From Epithemia pelagica (taxonomy: Eukaryota > Protista > Bacillariophyta): 64,000 nucleotides of DNA. The number at the start of each line of letters is the position of its first letter. The first letter of the stretch is position 1. Below are positions 32,766 to 45,700 of the stretch, piece by piece. Made by a program: the position numbers and the translations under genes. Location: assembly GCA_946965045.2 (NCBI GenBank), contig OX337238.1, positions 2,232,001 to 2,296,000 on the forward strand, in the 5' to 3' direction. Under the pieces are notes generated by a model. It worked only from the letters and a program-made list of their open reading frames with translations. It made no database searches and was not told the origin of the DNA.

Positions 32766-33454
32766 TCATTGCTTTATGCTGTCATGCGCAATTGATGGCT
32801 GTTCCTGCAGCAGTCTGGTAGCTCAATACCAGCCAGTAGCCCAGATAATTGATGCAATAGGCAAAGAGACCTACAATAGGTAGAATCTCAAAATCGAATA
32901 CAAATACTCTAGACAATCACAAATTCAAACTCACTGGTTTCGGCGCCGGTGTCCCTGCCGGCCCCAGCACTTCAGCCTTCGTTTCAGACAATTGCTCCTC
33001 TTCTCCCGTATTCATTGTTTGATATGATGCTTCACTCGCCTGTGGTGCAGGGTGAGAAGCGATGAATGAAGAAGGAATCGTTGTTGTGGAAGGTTAATAG
33101 ATGGAGCATGGAGCATGGAGCGATGCACAAAAGTACAAGGGATAAAATCATGAGCGGTCACCCCCCGATTCAGACGACAAAAGGGGAGTCAAAAGGGGAG
33201 ATTTCGTTCAGATGAGGGCGTACGTTTTGGGGGTGACTTGAAAATTGGGGATATTCGAATGCATAAGGCCGCCATGCGCGCGCCGGGCACGATCACGACC
33301 GGCGTCGCGATGGCATTTTTTGATTTTTGTCTGTTCTCAAGTTTCCGGTTTCCACTCCACTTCATCCATGGGATCATTGGGATGAATGCCATCATCATTC
33401 GGTAATCGTTCCATTGGCAACAAGAAGAAATAACCTTTCCAGAATCCACCAACC

Positions 33455-35338
33455 ATGGGGAACGACAAATCCGGAAATGAAGGTCCTTTTACTGGAAGGA
33501 ATCTTGCACCAGCCAAAAAGATCACGAAACGGAAATCGAACAACGAAGTTTGGAATTATAAATGTTCCATGGGAATGTGCATTCTGTTTGTTGTCCTGGC
33601 CAGTTTGTTGTTGGCTGGCTATTACACGTTGTTCGGGGGTGCATCAGAACAAGGTGCACACATTCGAGGGAGTGAACTGGGAACACCGTTACCATCTTAC
33701 GTCAAGCTTCCTTCCGACTTGATTGGTTTGACGTATAGTGGCAAGGATTTTCCCAACGATGCCGGAGTCGTTCCCACCTATTGGAATTGCTCTCGTGTCT
33801 CAGGAGATTGTGAAAACCGTCACAGCAGTCCTTTTTTCCATCGTCATGACGACTCGTCTGTCACCTGGGGACCCTGTTATGCCATTCATGGGTCGGTCGA
33901 GTGGAGAAATCAAGTGGAACAAGAATCCAATCGCAATGGACAATCTCCATCCATGTATGCCGAGTTGAACGACCATAAGATTGAAGAAGACACCCATATC
34001 AGTGGTTTGTGTCGACCTGGTTTTGTGATTTTGGGAGCTGGAAAATGTGGGACGAGGTGAGTGATGCGAAAAGATGTTTCGCTAAAACCGCGGTTTCCAT
34101 TGAAATTCTGACACAGGGTTTTAATAGCTCTCTCTACCATTACTTGACGAGTCACCCTCGTGTACTGCCTGCCAAAGAAAAGCAAATTCACTATTTCAAG
34201 GTACATCAAAGACGTTTGGCGTCTGTTGTTATACCTTACGTGCTTACTGAGTTCTGATTGTTTTCCGATGTCATTTAGTATTTTTTCGAAAAGCCCTTGA
34301 AATGGTACTTGTCGCACTTTCCTACCGCTGTGTCCTTTCTTGCTTCGGGATCTCTCATGACCGGAGAGGCGAGTCCAGGATACCGTGAGTCATGTCCTTG
34401 CCTTGTGAAAACTCTGACGGGTAATGTCAGATATATCTAACCTTATTTCTTACTATCACCGCTTGACCGCAGTCCCATATCCCGACGTGGCACCTCTCAT
34501 GGCAGAGCGAATGCCAGGATCGAGACTTATTGTTGTGGGCCGAGATCCCATTGATCGCATGTACTCGTCCTTTGTGTACAGCTACATTGATCCTACCATT
34601 GAACAGTTTCGTAAAAATCGCGTCAAGGGCGTTCCAGAAAATCTTACCGATGACGAATACAAGGAAAAGTACCTCTTTTCGTTTGAAGAAACGATGCGCG
34701 CCGAATTGAAAGTCCTTCGCAAGTGCCTGGCCGAACCCAATGGTTCCGCCATTGTCAAAGCGAGAGAGCGATACAAACACAGGCCTTGGTCCAAACCGTA
34801 CGTTACGCGCAACTCATCGCTGCCCTTACTGACCGATTTGGACAGCTTTTGTTATGGTCAGCGGGTCAACTCGACCGTTTTACGGAGGCAGTGGGCCGAG
34901 CTTGTGCGCGAAAACCCGGAAAAGATCATTCTCGATATCAGAACGCACTTGCTTCAATCTCACGTGGGTCGAAGTATCTATGTGCTGCCATTGGAGTGGT
35001 GGTATCTTCATTTTGATGCCAATGATATTTTCTTCTTGTGTACCGAAGACATGCGAGATTTGAGTGGTAACGGCATGGAACCCCTGCGAAAATGGTTGGG
35101 ATTGCCCACTTTCAACTTTTCGCAAGTCTTGAGTCAGGGTGCTTACAATGTGGGAGGACATCGAGGATACGACAAGGAAGTGACGTGGGACTCTTTAACT
35201 CAACCCAATGCGACGGGATCCTTTTCTCCCTCCAAGGTGATTCCCTTATCACCGGAATTTCGACAGGAATTAGAAGACTTTCTCCGACCCTACAATGAAC
35301 GTCTCTTTTCGTTGGTGGGGAAGCGATGTCAATGGTAG
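33455..35338 (+). CDS. Type II membrane sulfotransferase (heparan-sulfate O-sulfotransferase-like); exons 33455-34056, 34128-34200, 34279-34384, 34473-35338
   Basis: TM anchor. Spliced 5'-PSB motif [33 protein letters not shown] and 3'-PB motif RDPIDRMYS. Three GT-AG introns keep the frame. Confidence 0.9.
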
Positions 35339-35906
35339 TCGCAATGCGGTACTGTCACAACACGGATGATGGAACGTAGAAAATGAGGCTCATGTTGTTC
35401 GGTTTCCATGGTTCATTAGTTTGGGGAACCTTTCACCGTTGGGACAAGGGCTCGTGTTAAAACTAAAACAGATCTACACATGCTTGAACGAGGCTCCACA
35501 CATGTCGGAATCACCGTTACCAGACCACGAATTGAAACAGTTACTCTTGGCTACTGTATTGCACAACAGACCATCCAATCTGTGCATTGTTTCGTGCCTG
35601 CAGTCATGGCTAGGAGGGGGTTTGAAACGATGATTCTACAAGGGTGACAGCAAAAAGTCGTTTCTGTGTTTATCAATCAAACGATGATTACAAGGAATGT
35701 GAACAGTCTAAGATAAAGTTTCTACGGGTTTCGAACACCAAAAGAGATCACCAGCCAGGGCATATGTGTCCGCAGTTGGTTGCTTCTTTTCATGTTTGTC
35801 TATCGTGTATTTGGTCATGCCAATCGTGTGTGTACAAAATTCGAACTCTCAAGTCCGTGATGGAGGGAACGCCGTTCCGCGTCATCCAAAATGGACGTCA
35901 ACTCGG

Positions 35907-37043
35907 CTATACCGAGACATTGTTGACGGCAATTCCAGCATGGGGAGCACAACACGAGACAAACCAGGCATTTTTCAAGTCATTGTACCGTGTCCGTGTC
36001 GTCGCAGCTTGTTCATCGGTGCCTCCACCCCAAACGGCCGTCTTTTCGGGTGTCCACGTCCGCAAGGTGCGTTTGACGAGTCGTTCTTCCAACAAGTGCA
36101 TTTGCGTCTCCAAGGCTGCCGCGTCCGTGTTGGCTACAGTCGAAGAGGCTTCCGAAGTGGCCACGACAAACCAAGAATCGTCCCACAAGGAAAGCAAGGG
36201 CTTCCATCGAGCAATTTCATCCTCCACCGATCGTTCCTTCCACATGTCATCACACGACAAGGCTGTCTGCAAGACACCAACGTCCTCCTCCGCCTTTTGT
36301 TGTTGGCCTTCCAACAAACCGAGAAGCAAATAGAGGCCTTCCACAATGACAATGTCGTCTTCTGGTTTGAGGTGGACGGCATTCGGAACCGGGTCGGAGA
36401 GTTCTCGAGAATAGGTGGGAAAGGAAAGAGTCGCGGATCGGTCGTCTTCTTTGGCGCGCGTCATATCTCGCACCATGGCTTCGGCATCAAAGGTCCACGA
36501 GGCACCCCGTCGTTTGATATCCAGGGATCGCTCTTTCAATTGTGCCTTGGAATAATGATAGCCATCCATGGGAATGACTGTGGCACGCACTCCATCGTAT
36601 TTGGAGGATGCATGGTGGTTGATCCGATCGGCGACGGCTTCCGTCACGGTACTCTTGCCCGCACCGGGGCATCCGGCGACCCCAATCCACAAACGACGGC
36701 GTTCGTGACCAGCCACACCGGCTTTGGCATCTTGGGCACGAAGTTCGTGCAATTTCGACACGGCCGAGTCGGCCAAGTTCTCGTAGGTGGATTCCATGAG
36801 TTCGACTTTTTGTGCAAAGGCCGCTTCCAATTCACGTACTTGTTGCTCCAACAAGCGAGTATCCGGCAAAAAATCGAGCGAGGACGATGGCGTAGTAGTA
36901 ATGGGTGCTGCTACAGACGGAGCAGTAGATGTAGCCGTAGGTGTACTTTGCAAGGGCTGAACCACAGGGTGTTGTTGTTGCACAGGCTGATGATTCGAAG
37001 AAAGGAGGAGAAAGGGGATCGCGGTGTCAAGTGCAAAATACAT
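35907..37043 (-). CDS. P-loop small-molecule kinase (YFH7/pantothenate-uridine kinase-like)
   Basis: IGVAGCPGAGKST, IPMDGYHY, RRGASWTFDA, IVIVEGLYLL. First ATG at 37043. Confidence 0.85.
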   Translation of the reverse strand: MYFALDTAIPFLLLSSNHQPVQQQHPVVQPLQSTPTATSTAPSVAAPITTTPSSSLDFLPDTRLLEQQVRELEAAFAQKVELMESTYENLADSAVSKLHELRAQDAKAGVAGHERRRLWIGVAGCPGAGKSTVTEAVADRINHHASSKYDGVRATVIPMDGYHYSKAQLKERSLDIKRRGASWTFDAEAMVRDMTRAKEDDRSATLSFPTYSRELSDPVPNAVHLKPEDDIVIVEGLYLLLGLLEGQQQKAEEDVGVLQTALSCDDMWKERSVEDEIARWKPLLSLWDDSWFVVATSEASSTVANTDAAALETQMHLLEERLVKRTLRTWTPEKTAVWGGGTDEQAATTRTRYNDLKNAWFVSCCAPHAGIAVNNVSV

Positions 37044-38136
37044 GGCGTTGGTTGGCTCACAGCGCGAGTAGCAAAAAAAAAGGTAAAGGGCGAAAAACTG
37101 TGAGACCCCAAAACTCCAAACCAAAGAATAGAATGTGTCACCATGATGTCATCCACAGAATTGATTCCTTATCACACGACACAACACGTGAATTGACATC
37201 GACGATTGGTGACACGGCTATTGACACTCCGATGTATTTGTATGCGTTTGGAGGGAATCTTTGATCCGGGACTCAAATTATCCAATCAAATCTCGTACCT
37301 ACGTGGCGTCCGACGTGGTGCCCATCCTGCCAGCAATTTGCCGCATCATCCAGACTGCCACCAAAAGTACTAGCGCTATCCGCAAGCAGCTGTCTCGGGT
37401 AGCTAACAGCTGGACCATGGGCGACGAACCTCGAAAATACAATCCTCCCAACGGCAAGGCCATGGGAGTAGGTATACTTGGTGTGCAATCTGGAATCTGG
37501 AAGTGAAACGGATGTGGATCGGCTACATCTTGTGTTGCAGATGGGAGAATATTTCGGGTGTCAAGATTCCTGCTGAGCGACTCATCTAGATACTTCCTAG
37601 AACATTGCAAGAGTAGCAAAACGTTTCGTTGGCTGGAGTATTCGCGTATTCCTGATTGGCCCGGTGAAGATTCAGATATCAGTGCGAGATATCTTTTATT
37701 GTACGGACGCTCACGCTTGCTTTTCCACAAGCCACTCCTCTCGATCTTGTACCGAATGCATTGCCGCACTGGAAATGTTGGTGCCGGTCCTCGACATGGT
37801 GTGAGTGTGGGAGCGATAGAACGAGCTCCGAGTCCAGAGGTTTGGGACAACAATGGTCTCGTAGATTCGCAGTGATTTAGCAGCAGAGTAATTGTCTGTT
37901 GTGTCTGCTACTCTCTAGAGAAGATTCCTCCACCATTGTTGCGTTCCTTCAAGGAGATCTCATGTCGTTGGTCGTTGTGTTTCCTTGCGCGGGTATATGC
38001 GGGATATTCAGTCGCACCACCACCAAATGTAGTCGCACAGCCCGCCCTTTTTCCGCGCGCGTTCCCGTCGCCTTCGCGGATCTCATGATGGTCATGTTGG
38101 TTTCCATATTCTCTCACGGAGAAAGAGAGAGAGACC

Positions 38137-39605
38137 ATGACGATGAAACAACAAGGACGGAACCATGACCGAGTGGACAAACCTTATCATCGTGGACCAA
38201 ATCATCGTCGAAAAGAAGCCAGGCACGGAGCACCCGCGATGCAGCAGGGCCAGCTCAAGACACTCCAGAAATGCGTCTCTCGAATCAATGTGATTCTGTC
38301 GATTGGCTTTGCTCTCATTCTTGTCACAACCTGCCTCATGCTGCAAGAAATGAACCTCGTTTTCTTATCGGCATCCAATATCTTTGGGTCAATCCACAAC
38401 GTCCCCGATCCATACCAAAAACCACCACCTCCCATGACTATTTTGGTCCAACTCTCGGGTGAATTTGGCAATCACTTGAGCAAATTGGCATATGGACGAG
38501 CCTTACAATTGTGGTTGCAAGAGGAATATGGTGTAAGCGACAGTCAATTGGTTTTGCGGCACCAAGGAGGACGATACGCCTATAAGTGGGAAAAGACGCA
38601 GGCCGATTTGAAACGATGTTTTCCGTGGACGCAATCGCTCAACTTTTCCCAAGGAAATGACGACCCCATCTACCAAGACTTTGTGGAACAATACAGCAAA
38701 AATCAAACGTCTCCACTCTACAAACGATTTCATGGCATTAATGGTGTGGTAGACCAACCTCTCTCGCCTGACGGAACAAGGCAGGATCCACATGCAATTG
38801 TGGCACGCACCTTGCATTCTGTTGTTCAAGCGTACCGAAAAGCGGATTCCTCTCCCTTTATTCTCTACGCGGATCAGTTTGTTCATGGCAATCACTTCTT
38901 TTTGGAGCTATACTACAGCGAATTTCGCAAAACGTTTGAAATGTCCTTGGACTGTTGTCCCATCAACGCCACAGTTCCTCAAGGCGATGAAACGGTTGTG
39001 GTACGAAACCAAACAGATGGCAAAGGAAAGATGTTTGATCATGTTCCTTGTTTTGTAACTGTGCACTGACCCATGCGTGTTTTTTTTTGTTTCAGCATAT
39101 TCGAAACTATATGCAAGAAATGCCGCGCAAACGTGGAAAGGCGACCGTGTATGAAGAAGCCGATCCCACCACCATGGCGCATCGAATTTTGGGCCATTTG
39201 CAACCCCCTCGTGACAGGGTGGTCCTGTTGGGACCAACCGTACCAGGTCGGTTCCGAAACAACTCTACTGGTGCATGGACCGTGTTGCGCGACCATGCTA
39301 CGGCCTTGCGAGAACGGGGCCTTTCGGTTCGCATCGTCAACAAGACACACGCCCCCAGCAACGAGACGTCCCTTGTCGATATGGAGGATTTTTGCTTCTT
39401 ACTACGTGCGCAAAAAGAATTGGTGGGGCTGCAAGCGTCCACCTTTGTGTATTGGGCATCCATTCTGGGACAGGCCAAAACCGCGCAGTTGTATTCCATG
39501 GATTGGTCCAATTCGAATACTTCCGCATCGCATACCAAAGTGGGCTTTTCAACGGACCCGCGCATCCAGTTTGTCACCGTCAAACCCATGGACAGGATGA
39601 ATTAG
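38137..39605 (+). CDS. Type II membrane glycosyltransferase, GT11 (alpha-1,2-fucosyltransferase)-like; exons 38137-39000 and 39096-39605
   Basis: TM anchor. LSGEFGNHL (cf. GxLGNQ). Splicing creates TVVHIRNY (cf. V-H-x-R donor-binding motif). Late motif STFVYWASIL. Confidence 0.6.
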
Positions 39606-40053
39606 ACCCTGTATCGATTCCTGTAAAAATTGATTTTTTGCGTTTCCTCGGTCACCATATCTGGCGTCAGTACCATCCTAGACAAAGTAGAAGGAGTCGA
39701 TTGGTCAGGTACAGACACTATAGGTGCTCTATTTTGCAGGCACCAGTTTCAAGCAGCGTTGTCGAAGAGTAATATATTCTGCATTCTCACGTCAGTGGCA
39801 AGTGGCAATGTGCGTGCGCAACAAGCCAACAGTTCTTGTGTCCACCTTGTCTTGTCGAAATCATTGGTAGGTCGCCCGGTGTGACAGCAAACGTCCTGAT
39901 AACTTGTCTTCGAATACTTAGCAGATGAAGCCAAAGGGGCAATTTCGCCACAAAAAGGATACGGTTATAAAGACGTTGATATAACGCTCACTTGCTCCTG
40001 ATTATTTGGTCTTGAGGATATCGTTGTTGATCTCTTTCATTCGTGCCGTCGGC

Positions 40054-41231
40054 ATGGGTGAATGAGACCTGGAGAACATTCATTACAGAGAGTCAATCGA
40101 TCGGGAGCTTGGCATTCCTCTGTGGATTAAATTAAATACGAGTCGGGAAGTTCCAAATGGAATTGAAGATGGCCCGGTGAAGGAGAAGAAAACCAACGCT
40201 TCTGCCAAAATTGATCAACTGACGGCGGAACTCGAGAAAGGAAAACAATCCCAAAAACTACAGGACCTACAAAAAGAGGACGTCCAAGATGATAATTCTG
40301 ATGACGACGAGGGTGATTCAGACAAGGGTGGTTTCTGTGGGTCAATGAACCTTCAAACGCAAGTGGTATTGGGAGTTGCAAGTACTTCTCTTGTCATCAA
40401 CATTGTCGCCATGGCTGTTGAAGCTGCCACAATAATGTACATTGCAGGCATATTAGCGGTTCTCATGGCACCGGTTGTTTTCGTCCTCCAACTCAAACTG
40501 AAAGACACTGACTGTAAGTGCCACTCTCAGCAAGGATTTTGAATCCGGAAATCGCTCTGATTGGCTCACTTTTCCACATTTCAGCCATGAGAAAAGTTCA
40601 AAATGCTTTGAGAAGTCACGTGAATAGACTGCAGGATGAGAACAATAAGCTGACTGCTGAAACGAATGTACTTGAGGAAGAAGTTACGAAGTTGAAGGAT
40701 CTTGAGAAAGACCTTGAAGAGATAACTTCTGCGCAAGGAGCCAGTGCAGACGAATTTCGTCAGCTTGTCAAAGAGAACCAGGAGTTGATCGAGAAACAAA
40801 GCGTACGTATGATGAACAACTACTGTTTCCACCACAGACCTTGTCTCACTCTCAATTTTCCTTGTTCCTGGTGGTTTTAGGCCGCGGTACGTCATAGCAC
40901 TGCCCAAGTGTTGACCTCTGTCGTCATTGGTTCCGATCTAAATGCCGATGGAACAATATCGGAAACTGAGTTGAAAAGACTCGAGATTCGGCTCAAGGCA
41001 TTTCCAGGTATTTCTGTAGATACGACGGCGATGCGAGGGTCGTTGGCCGCGTCGGGGGGAAGCGTCGGTCGACTTTTGGAAATGGCGCACAAATTATCCA
41101 AGCAGCAATCAACGTCGGGGAACGTTGGAAGTAATCGCGTTCCCACAGCTTTCTCAATTGTTACCGCCGAATGTGAGAAAGAGGGCTCTGATGATGACAA
41201 CGAGGGGATTGAGTTGTCGGTTAGTGCGTAA
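40054..41231 (+). CDS. Two-TM coiled-coil protein with an EF-hand-like loop; exons 40054-40513, 40585-40802, 40881-41231; possible nonsense codon at codon 4
   Basis: GT-AG introns join three ORFs. TM pair, coiled coil and DLNADGTISETE. The ATG at 40054 is followed by an in-frame TGA at 40063-40065. Confidence 0.65.
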
Positions 41232-41480
41232 GGAGAATGACCTTGTTTATCTACCTAGGAGTAGTTCAGATGAATAAACCGTCAGTCGTCAAAACGTAAT
41301 ACTCCCAAGTAGGAAGGGAGTAGGAAGATAGCTGAGTCCTGGATTATTCGTTCAGTCGCATGTGGCGTTGATGGAAAGATACACGATTGGATGATGTCTT
41401 GACACATCTGTCATTTGACGCCAAATTCCAATGCTAGATCTGGTCTGTGCTTCTGATTTCCTTGTCAACAGAACAAAACC

Positions 41481-42383
41481 ATGGTGGTCAAGCCTGGAAT
41501 GTATCCGCTCGTGACATTGTGCCTAGTAATCTCGCTGTCCCTCACAGCAACAGCCTTTGTGCCCGAAGGTCGATCCGGGAGGGTACTGCAGAGGCAGTAT
41601 GTGGAGCAGCTTCCGTTCCAACCGTCGGCGGCGCACCGTCGCTCTTCAGTGTCATTGAATGCCTTCTCGCAAGAGCAGCAAGAGGTGGAAGTGAGCTCAT
41701 CGGAAGTGGAGCGACCGGACCCGTCCATTCTACTCTCGGCTAAAGGGGATTCGGCTCAACGGTTTGGCTTTGTCGCCATTTGTGCCTCATTGGCCGTTGG
41801 TACCTACTTGGCCGTGGACCTGTTGAGTGCCATTGAATGGATTCTTCCTGATAATTGGTTTGATCTCTGGAGGGATTATACGTGGCCTGTTCCGCTCGGA
41901 TTGATTTTCCTGGCCGCGGGTGTCGCACACTTTCTTCAAAAGGATGCCTTCATCGCCATGGTCCCACCCCCAGGCACGTGGGGTGGTCTTTGGAAGGTAC
42001 GTCACCATCGAAAATGATGCGAACAATGAACGATGGAGTAATGTTATTGACGAGTTTCTCTATGTATTTGCTTTCAGGTGCCCGCTCCCGGTGCGGACAA
42101 GTTGGGTTTGACCTACGAGGAATTTCATACCTATTGGACGGGCATTGCCGAAATTGGGGGTGGACTCTTGTTGATTTTCGGAGGTCTCAATCAAGCCCCT
42201 CAAGTCCCCGCCTTTTTGCTCTTTTTGCTTACTGCTGCTGTCACGCCAGCCAACATTTACATGGCCACACACGATGTCCAACCACCCGGCCTTCCTCCCA
42301 TTCCCTATCCTTTGGGCCATTTCTACCGGGGACTTGCACAATGCATTCTCTTGGCCTTTTTCTTCAAACTCACCTTTCAGTAA
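41481..42383 (+). CDS. Plastid-targeted DoxX-like membrane protein; exons 41481-41996 and 42078-42383
   Basis: Signal peptide ending [13 protein letters not shown]...[14 protein letters not shown] and TPANIYM motifs. 81-nt GT-AG intron. Confidence 0.8.
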
Positions 42384-43022
42384 TGAGAAGAATATGGAGA
42401 ACGGAACTTGATGGACGTATCCCATTTCCCATTGTCCATTGCCTGGAAGCACACGACCATTGTGGAACTTTCTGACGTGCGACCGACGCCCTTAGTCACG
42501 AATTTCTGAATCCCGGGAAATAGCCCCGCACAATGACACCGCAAGCCACGCGTGCACACCACCGTAGCAGGAAAAAGTTAAAACGAAACATAAGCCCTTA
42601 TAGTACTCTATTCCGTCCCGATGTGTAGAATTTAAGGGACAAAGGTACAGAACTATAAGGCAGAATTACAGTACTTCCAGCGCCAAATCCACGCATCGAT
42701 CCAGTCAGCATGTCCGTCGGACGTGTCGCGAGACTCTCGAAAGCGGGCCGGCGTACCATCATGTGAAAGGTACTTATTTTTAGACAGTAAACAGTTCCCA
42801 AAAGAGGATACCTACGCTCGGGAGTTGGACGCAGGAGTCGGAAGTGACAAGGACGATTTACGTGGTGGCCTGTGGCTTTATCGTCTCTCGCCACGATGAT
42901 TCAGCAGGGTCTTCAGGAGTTGAACCATAAAGACTTCTCAATTCTCAAAACTTCCTCATCACCCGAATGGCAGAGTCCATCCAATACCACTAAAAATATA
43001 CAATCAGCAATAACCAATCACC

Positions 43023-43977
43023 ATGAAATCAATCACCTTGTTTTGCATGCTGATGGGACTCGTCCCCGCCACTGGATTTATCACGGCGCAGTCGGTGAGA
43101 CAAGAACAGCAGAAAAAGCGACAAGCACGCAGTGCCTTTGGTCTGCAAATGGCCGAAGGCGACGAAAGTGAGGTGCGTTTCGCGACGGACATGATTTTGA
43201 GAATGATCCTGTCCCAGTAAAGGTGGATCCTCACAGGAAATATAATGTGTGTTGATGTTTTCCTCCCTTTTGGATTTTTCATGTTTTGGCATTCAGGCAT
43301 GGCAAGCACCCAAGTCAGCCATGATTGGTGGTGCTGGTGTGAACAACGCTGGTGAGCCTCCTTTTGAAATTCGAGGATTCTCCCTGGGAAACCTCGTCAT
43401 TCTTTCGGGTGTCGCCATTACTGTTGCTTCGTTTGCCGAGTATTTGTCCGACTCGAGCGATAGTTTGAACGTGTCTGGATTGGGTTTTGTCTATGGTATT
43501 CCCATCTTTTTGGCCGGTGCTGCCCTCAAATACGCCGAGATTGACCCCGTTCCCGTCTTTTCAACGCCCCAAGGCGAAGCGATTTTTGAGAGCAAAGCCA
43601 CGGAAACCATTCGCAAAATTAAGCAGGATGTGACCAGACATCGATATGGAGATGAAGCTCATTTGGATTCGACCGTGAAAAAGCTTGGTTTAGTCGTACC
43701 AGGGAAGGATTATCCTCAATTGCAAGAGTTGCGGGAGGAAGAACAAGATGGCGAGTTGGCCTTTACCATGGTATGGCAATCCATCGACACGCCCTACAAA
43801 ATGTGGGCCGATCCACGACGGGTGAAAAAGTACGAAACATTCTTCGGCCCTGGTGTGAACGCCGAAGTGGTCAAGATTGATGCCGAACAAAGACTGGTGG
43901 GTGTCAGGCTTACAACGGGAAGTCCCAAAGCTACTGCGGAAAGTGAAGAAGAAACCGCTGCTGCATCCACATCGTAA
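43023..43977 (+). CDS. APE1: Thylakoid membrane protein APE1/Slr0575 (DUF2854) homolog; exons 43023-43172 and 43297-43977
   Basis: Bipartite presequence (…PATG-F). YGIPIFLAGAALKYAEIDPVP and DVTRHRYGDEAHLD motifs. Confidence 0.85.
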
Positions 43978-44399
43978 GCGTCTGACTTCCTCACCCACGT
44001 TTTCGTACATTGATACACCTTTACACCTTTTGCTATCATAACCGACGCCTTCAAACGGCGCCTGTAACATCTTTCTTACTGGATAAAGTCTTATAATTTA
44101 TGCTCGTACAAGCACTTTTATCTTTGACTCATATATTGTCCTCGTCATGTCGTCTACGTGTCTAACCCCATGGAATCCTCCCTGGGTTTCCGTTTCAAGA
44201 CTTTGGATCTCGTGATAAAGAGGCTCCATCCATAAGAAGCCATGACCTTGTGAAACTTGGACTTGTGATGCAACACATGCCATGAACTTGCATTACAACC
44301 AAGTCATATACGTGCGAGTTCAGTCTTTCTGCATGTCGCATGTTTCAACGCAGCGGAACGGAGATCTATACTGGTTGCCAGCCAACAGAGTTCGACATG

Positions 44400-45548
44400 T
44401 CATGTGGCTGTGGTGGTCGTTTTGTGCTGAATTCGTGATGGGTGTCGTTGGGCATGATGTTCCAGTGCTTGATGGATGGCACTGAAACAAGCCTCTGCAG
44501 GAGTCCAACGTTTTCTGTCAATCGATGCCTTGGAGGCAGTGCCATTGGAATTCCAATGCCATTGTTGCACCATCTCCAAAACACAGTCCACGTTCAGGGG
44601 CTCTGACGATTCGAATCGACATGTTGCGTCCTCTGTTTGCTTGGAAGGGCGATTGTCTGTTGTTTTGCAATCACTGTTTTCTGTTTGTAGACCAATCGCT
44701 TGGTCCTCACGCTGGTCCTGCTGTACAAGGACAAGATGGGCCTTGGACAGAGGCAACTGAAAGGCTGGCAAACACAGTTTCTCCGCACGTTGGCGACTCC
44801 GATTGAGTTGAATCCGACGATCAATGAGCAAGCCAACGACCACGGTATGTGGAGGAGGTTTGGAAGGATCCAAACTATGGGATGCGTCCGGTGACAAGTA
44901 CACTGCTTTCATCCGGTTTGGATTCATGGTGACACTGTCATTTGCCTTTTGCTGCACGTTTGAATCAGCATAAAAGGAGCTCAATGTACGCTCAGAAAAG
45001 GAGATATTCGATGGGAATGGGAAAGGGATGACATTCTTTGCTTTGGTGTTTTCTTGGGACCATAGCTGCTCCATTCTGCTCTTGAGTGCCTCTTCAGCGG
45101 CACTGTCGGGACAATCGAGAATTTCCAACCTTGCCATAACATATCGACGCTCTGAACATTGGTTTTTGTTGCTATTGACGTTGGATGCTTCATTTTCCTG
45201 GATATGGTGTTGTTGCCACCACAAAAAGTTGACCAGTTGCCTGGAAATGGCCAAAATCTTTTCCTTTCTTGATCGGGCTTCCTTTGGAAGACCGTATCCC
45301 ATGTCACATAAAATCACAAGCTCGCCATCCTCTTGACTTGTGAAGTTTGCAGAGTCGGTTCTCTCTTGGTTGCTCGTTGTGCCGAGTCCATCGTGATGTT
45401 CCACTACGTGTTTGGGTGGTCGTTCCGACAGATTGAGTTGTGTCGTCTGTGAACTAATGACATCGACGTCGAGATGATTGTGACCCATTTCATTATCCTC
45501 AGGATGAGGATCCACCATTCTCAGATGCATTACAGGCATAGAGATCAT
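44400..45548 (-). CDS. Trm10-like SPOUT tRNA m1G/m1A9 methyltransferase
   Basis: VYLSPDASHSL, VVVGLLIDRRIQLNRS...LP and LNVDCV motifs. Confidence 0.7.
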   Translation of the reverse strand: MISMPVMHLRMVDPHPEDNEMGHNHLDVDVISSQTTQLNLSERPPKHVVEHHDGLGTTSNQERTDSANFTSQEDGELVILCDMGYGLPKEARSRKEKILAISRQLVNFLWWQQHHIQENEASNVNSNKNQCSERRYVMARLEILDCPDSAAEEALKSRMEQLWSQENTKAKNVIPFPFPSNISFSERTLSSFYADSNVQQKANDSVTMNPNRMKAVYLSPDASHSLDPSKPPPHTVVVGLLIDRRIQLNRSRQRAEKLCLPAFQLPLSKAHLVLVQQDQREDQAIGLQTENSDCKTTDNRPSKQTEDATCRFESSEPLNVDCVLEMVQQWHWNSNGTASKASIDRKRWTPAEACFSAIHQALEHHAQRHPSRIQHKTTTTAT

Positions 45549-45700
45549 CCAGGATGGGGTCTTCTGTCATGCGCCATCGGAAGAATGAGGGTTTGTATGA
45601 GCGTTCCATGAGCGACTTCTAAAGGTTGCATCGCGTTTGTGTCGCGGTTTATGCGTACGTGTGCGCATTCATAAACTTGAGATCGAAAAAGAGTGTCACC

